From NCBI GenBank assembly GCA_965206745.1, contig OZ242220.1, positions 1,664,001 through 1,728,000 of the forward strand: 64,000 nucleotides of DNA. The letters run 5' to 3'. Below are positions 60,110-64,000 of the stretch, in pieces (the stretch's first letter is position 1; each line of letters opens with the position of its first letter). The notes under the pieces were generated by a model. The model saw only the letters and a program-made list of their open reading frames with translations, made no database searches and was not told the origin of the DNA. The position numbers and the translations under genes were made by a program. The stretch is from Nitrosopumilus sp. GTDB taxonomy: Archaea > Thermoproteota > Nitrososphaeria > Nitrososphaerales > Nitrosopumilaceae.

Positions 60110-60360
60110 TGTGTAGGGACAAGGTCCTAGGTCATTACAGATATAATTACAAAGCTTGCAGAATCCGAATCAATAGTGAGGACAAACCTGCTCTCATTGT
60201 GCAATCTTAATGCAACAAGGGATCCAGTCAATACTGGACGAACTAGAGGAGAAGAATCCCATCAAAGAGTAATAACCCTAATGGCAAGAAAGCCATCATA
60301 AAACAGTCACACAAAAGGGAGACCACCGGAAGATATTGGCGCCATACGGGGCGTCATTCT
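60110..60360 (+). pseudogene. Degraded winged-helix transcriptional regulator
   Basis: Fragments ITDIITKLAESESIVRTNLLSLCNLN and ILDELEEK lie in different frames. Confidence 0.35.
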
Positions 60361-60488
60361 CTAGATGGTATCTGCCCTGCCTCAGATTCCCCAGGGGAAG
60401 GCAGGGTTTGGTGATTCAAAGTGGAATGACAAATCAGGGCACACACACTGTACAACTGCGGTGCAATGTCAGAAACTATTATACATAA

Positions 60489-60863
60489 ATGGCAGATACA
60501 GTAGGCATGGAAGTTTTTGACGGCAAAAAGGCCGCACAGGATTACATGTCAAAGCACACGCTGGCATTCTCCACCCCGGAGCTGACACTGATGAGGTTTG
60601 CGTTCTGGATGGGCGACTCGGTACCGGACCCAGACAACGACGGCAAGGGGATTCCAAGAATGATGACATACTTGATAGAGCAGGACTTTGAGCCCGTACT
60701 AGTAGATGACGAGACGTACGTCCCCTCAGGGGCGGTAAAAAGTTCGGCCACGGTAGGAAACGCGTTTAGCGAAAAGGTTCCAGACGGCAAGTTCTGTTCA
60801 GAGTGCGGCAACACCCTCTCAACTAGCGCAAAGTTCTGTCCCGAGTGTGGGACGACACAGTAA
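60489..60863 (+). CDS. Zinc-ribbon domain protein
   Basis: C-terminal FCSECG…AKFCPECG; TATA upstream. Confidence 0.85.
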   Translation: MADTVGMEVFDGKKAAQDYMSKHTLAFSTPELTLMRFAFWMGDSVPDPDNDGKGIPRMMTYLIEQDFEPVLVDDETYVPSGAVKSSATVGNAFSEKVPDGKFCSECGNTLSTSAKFCPECGTTQ

Positions 60864-60877
60864 AGAATAGTCTGATA

Positions 60878-61411
60878 TTACACCTTGGTTCCGCACTTTG
60901 TGCAAAACTTTGCATTCCCACGAAGTGGTGCGCCGCATGAGGAGCATCCGTTCTGCGGGGATACAGTCTGTCTTGGCACCAGTGCCGGATCAGGGGATGG
61001 CAGTGTTCCAACATCCCCGAATGACTCTTGTGCAGAGACAATTCCCGGCGGACCTCTGCCTACGGGATTCTCGGCAGTTCCGGTCCTTGGAGGCTGTCCC
61101 ATTCCGCCTGCCATCATTCCCGGCGGCATTCCAGGCTGCATGCCCTGCGGCATGCCAGAGGGGGGTGCGCCTGCAGGACCAGAAGCGATGGATTTTTTTA
61201 ATTCAAATATTACCTTGATTGCCAGAAACTCTAGTGCAGAGTATGCAACGGTATAGTCGCCGAGCTTTTGAAAGAACTCTTTGTCACTGATCTGGCCCTT
61301 TTTGTACATGTTGTTTGTGTCAAGAAACGACTCATAGTACCCCTGGGACTCGTCAAAGAGGCTCTGGAGCTTGTCAGAGAGCATGCCGAGCGTATCCACG
61401 TCAAATGACAT
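60878..61411 (-). CDS. Zinc-ribbon domain protein with Pro/Gly-rich linker
   Basis: CSSCG…AKFCTKCG. Confidence 0.85.
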   Translation of the reverse strand: MSFDVDTLGMLSDKLQSLFDESQGYYESFLDTNNMYKKGQISDKEFFQKLGDYTVAYSALEFLAIKVIFELKKSIASGPAGAPPSGMPQGMQPGMPPGMMAGGMGQPPRTGTAENPVGRGPPGIVSAQESFGDVGTLPSPDPALVPRQTVSPQNGCSSCGAPLRGNAKFCTKCGTKV

Positions 61412-61479
61412 GACCTAGCTTGGATTCTTGGAATATTAATTACTTTAGGATCAAAAAAGAGGAGAAACGTGTTTTGGGT

Positions 61480-61806
61480 TTATGCAAGTGCTCTGTCTAT
61501 CATGCTTCGGTATGATTCCTTGGATGCTGCACCCACCTGCTGGCTGACTATCTCGCCCTTCTTAAGGAGGATCAGGGTCGGGATGCTAAAGACATTGTAT
61601 TTTGATGCCAACTCGTTGGCCTCATCAACGTTGACCTTGACGAACTTTACCTTGCCGTCATAGTCAGTTGCCAGTTCTTCGACTACGGGACCTACCATCC
61701 TGCACGGACCGCACCATTCGGCCCAAAAGTCTACAAATACGGGAATCTCAGAATTTATCACATCGACTTCCCATGATTTTGCATCTGAAATTTGCGTAAC
61801 TGCCAT
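61480..61806 (-). CDS. trxA: Thioredoxin
   Basis: VDFWAEWCGPC, SIPTL; start MAVTQ. Confidence 0.95.
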   Translation of the reverse strand: MAVTQISDAKSWEVDVINSEIPVFVDFWAEWCGPCRMVGPVVEELATDYDGKVKFVKVNVDEANELASKYNVFSIPTLILLKKGEIVSQQVGAASKESYRSMIDRALA

Positions 61807-61921
61807 TATATGATCACTTTGCTGAACGTACCTAAAAATGTTCACCAGAATTAATGCCGCAATTTTTGCCGCAGGACTGATTCTGATATATACTTAAATG
61901 ACCTTTTGGTAAATCCTACGT

Positions 61922-62662
61922 ATGAGTTCTGAGCAAAGGCTTAAAAAATTAAGGGGCTCCGGCGGCTATGTCATGGCTACCGTAACTGATGAGCAGCAGA
62001 TGAAGGGGAACCTGGGAGGCCCCGACCTGTTCCTGGCGCCCATCGGAAGGCTCGATGCCAATACCATTACTAAACATTTTTGCAATACCTGTGAGAAGGA
62101 GTTTGAAGGCCCTCCAAAGATAGAGTTTGAGAATCCAAACGAGGAGGTCGCAGAGAACCTGATTCTTGCAGAGCGTGGACAGTACATCTGCAACTCGTGC
62201 AACGCATCAATAGCAGAGTACAGGGATTTCAAAAAGCAGGACGAGGCAGAGGCAGTCGGGGTTGCAAAGCCGCTGGAATCCCAGGGCGTGGCACCGCAGA
62301 AAGAGACAACACAGGGTGCAGCACCGCAGAAAGAGCAGGCAGCCAAACCCGATGCAGCAACGCAGCCAGGTCCTGCAACTTCTGTAACGTCAATTGAGGG
62401 CAAAGCCATATTTGATGAGAACGCAAACAAGATAGGCACTGCAAAGCAGGTTGGAATTGACTCTGCACAGTCAATGGTTCTGGTAATTACTAAAGAGGAC
62501 GGGACAGAGGGCAGCATACCATGGAGTAGCATCAAGAAGATCGGCCAGGTAGTTCTGCTCGGAGATCCCAAGGCAGCCACCAAGCAGGGAGAGTGTTCAG
62601 AGTGCGGGTTTGCAAACAAGGAGGGTTCAAAGTTCTGTGAAGAGTGCGGAACCAAGATCTGA
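61922..62662 (+). CDS. Zinc-ribbon / PRC-barrel-like protein
   Basis: CNTC, CNSC, GK.IFD…KIG PRC-like region, C-terminal CSECG…FCEECG. Confidence 0.8.
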   Translation: MSSEQRLKKLRGSGGYVMATVTDEQQMKGNLGGPDLFLAPIGRLDANTITKHFCNTCEKEFEGPPKIEFENPNEEVAENLILAERGQYICNSCNASIAEYRDFKKQDEAEAVGVAKPLESQGVAPQKETTQGAAPQKEQAAKPDAATQPGPATSVTSIEGKAIFDENANKIGTAKQVGIDSAQSMVLVITKEDGTEGSIPWSSIKKIGQVVLLGDPKAATKQGECSECGFANKEGSKFCEECGTKI

Positions 62663-62701
62663 TAGCAGGTTAGTTTGATCAATGACAGTGAGGCAAGATA
62701 G

Positions 62702-63385
62702 TTGGCAAGAACAATCCCCAAGGGAATAGTAAAAGACGTCATAATTGTCGGCATAGCGGTGCTTGTCATCTGGATTGGACTGCAGGTGGCATTTGGCACG
62801 CCAAACCCGTTCTATGTAGTTGTGAGCGGAAGCATGATTCCGGTTTTGGAGATATATGATGTACTGGTGGTTTCAGGGCACGTCTCCTTTGATGATATAG
62901 AGGTGGGGGACATCATCGTGTTTAACCGGCCATCTGATCACGACAGGGTGATCGTGCACAGGGTCGCATCAATTATTGACGATGATCCAAAGACGATTAG
63001 GACCAAGGGGGATGCAAATCCCGCATCTATTCCGGGAACGGACTTTCCCATAACAGAGGAGGAGTACATAGGGGAGGTCGTATATGCGATTCCGCAGGTC
63101 GGCTATATCACCCAGCTGATAAAGCCGCCGATCAACTATATCATAATTGCAATAGTCATCGGAATAATGGTGGCAAAGCAGTTTGTAAAGAAAAAGCCCT
63201 CATTGGAGGAGTCTGATACTGCAGATGAGCTAGCAGATATCGGCAAGATAGAGAAAGACTCAGAGTATGTCACGGAAGAAGACGACAAGGAGTCAGATGA
63301 CATTGCAAAGACTGCAGAGATTGATGAAAAGATGGAAGGGATAGACGAGTCGATCAGCAAGGATGCAGACGGGGATTCAAAGTAG
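62702..63385 (+). CDS. sec11: Signal peptidase I (archaeal Sec11/S26B)
   Basis: VVSGSM.P, GDIIVF, IVHRV, TKGDAN. Confidence 0.9.
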   Translation: MARTIPKGIVKDVIIVGIAVLVIWIGLQVAFGTPNPFYVVVSGSMIPVLEIYDVLVVSGHVSFDDIEVGDIIVFNRPSDHDRVIVHRVASIIDDDPKTIRTKGDANPASIPGTDFPITEEEYIGEVVYAIPQVGYITQLIKPPINYIIIAIVIGIMVAKQFVKKKPSLEESDTADELADIGKIEKDSEYVTEEDDKESDDIAKTAEIDEKMEGIDESISKDADGDSK

Positions 63386-63501
63386 GATGTTTCATAACGG
63401 ATACAGAATTAGATTTGCAAGATAATTTGTTTTCTAGTTCAGGGGTTGCCTCTTTCAAGTATTGATTTTGTCAGATTATAATTCACATTATTAAAACTAG
63501 A

Positions 63502-63975
63502 CTAAGGAAACGACCCTATTATTTCCAAGATTTCACTGTGAATAGGTACTTTAATTTCAAAAGTTTGATGGTAAAGATTTCGATTTGGTAAATTTTCTAA
63601 CGAATAACCCGAATAATTATTATTGATAAGTATGGTAATAGTATAATTCTGTAAATGTTCCAACATATCAGATTGTTGCTCATTAATAGATAGGATAAAA
63701 TCCCGTAAATTTTCCTTATTCATTATTGGGAAATGACCATATGGAATATCTACAGTTAACTTGGCATTTGAATTTATATTTTGTAAATCAAAAAGAAGTG
63801 CGTATCCTGTGAAATAAATTTTCTTAACTTCACCATTATTGATTTTGTAGTTATAATCTAATTCTTCAGGATAATACATCTCATCTCTCCAATCTGCATA
63901 AGCCACTGGTACTGTAACAGTGATTAAAACTAAGATTGCACTGAAACCCAGGTATCTCAATAATTGTAAAATCAT
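63502..63975 (-). CDS. Secreted hypothetical protein
   Basis: Signal peptide …PVAYA; C-terminal LEIIG. Confidence 0.65.
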   Translation of the reverse strand: MILQLLRYLGFSAILVLITVTVPVAYADWRDEMYYPEELDYNYKINNGEVKKIYFTGYALLFDLQNINSNAKLTVDIPYGHFPIMNKENLRDFILSINEQQSDMLEHLQNYTITILINNNYSGYSLENLPNRNLYHQTFEIKVPIHSEILEIIGSFP

Positions 63976-64000
63976 AAACCTGTCTTATAATACTACACTG

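Noticed and set aside
1-64000. Integrase, transposase, tRNA attachment site or rRNA
   Set aside because: None recognisable by eye, so the mobility machinery for the repeats is inferred to lie outside the window or to be lost.

Overview
Archaeal window, most likely Nitrosopumilaceae (Nitrososphaerota/Thaumarchaeota), judged from the core-like genes at 60.5-63.4 kb (zinc-ribbon proteins, thioredoxin, Sec11-type signal peptidase), TATA promoters and thaumarchaeal-type Cys-rich modules. The serpin expansion hints at a host-associated (e.g. sponge) lineage, which is an inference. About 60 kb is accessory DNA in three parts. (1) A defence island at 1-33 kb holds a complete dndBCDEA phosphorothioation cluster followed, where dndFGH or pbeABCD would be expected, by an AT-rich operon (ParB-like, HTH, MBL-fold, HEPN). 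It also holds an Mrr_N-nucleotide cyclase fusion, an AlbA_2 protein, an ATPase-SIR2 pair and a solo SIR2. (2) A surface-protein diversification region at 22-50 kb holds five serpins with different reactive loops and six copies of a small two-TM domain displaying a hypervariable Cys-closed loop. These genes sit as cassettes between copies of a ~45-bp imperfect palindrome and other dispersed junction repeats. (3) A GC-richer operon at 50-56.7 kb resembles a conjugative element (RHH, TFB-like, ParB-like, prepilin peptidase-like, VirD4/TraD-like ATPase-nuclease fusion). No rRNA, tRNA, CRISPR array, integrase, transposase or reverse transcriptase was recognised. All family assignments come from reading motifs by eye, not from database searches.
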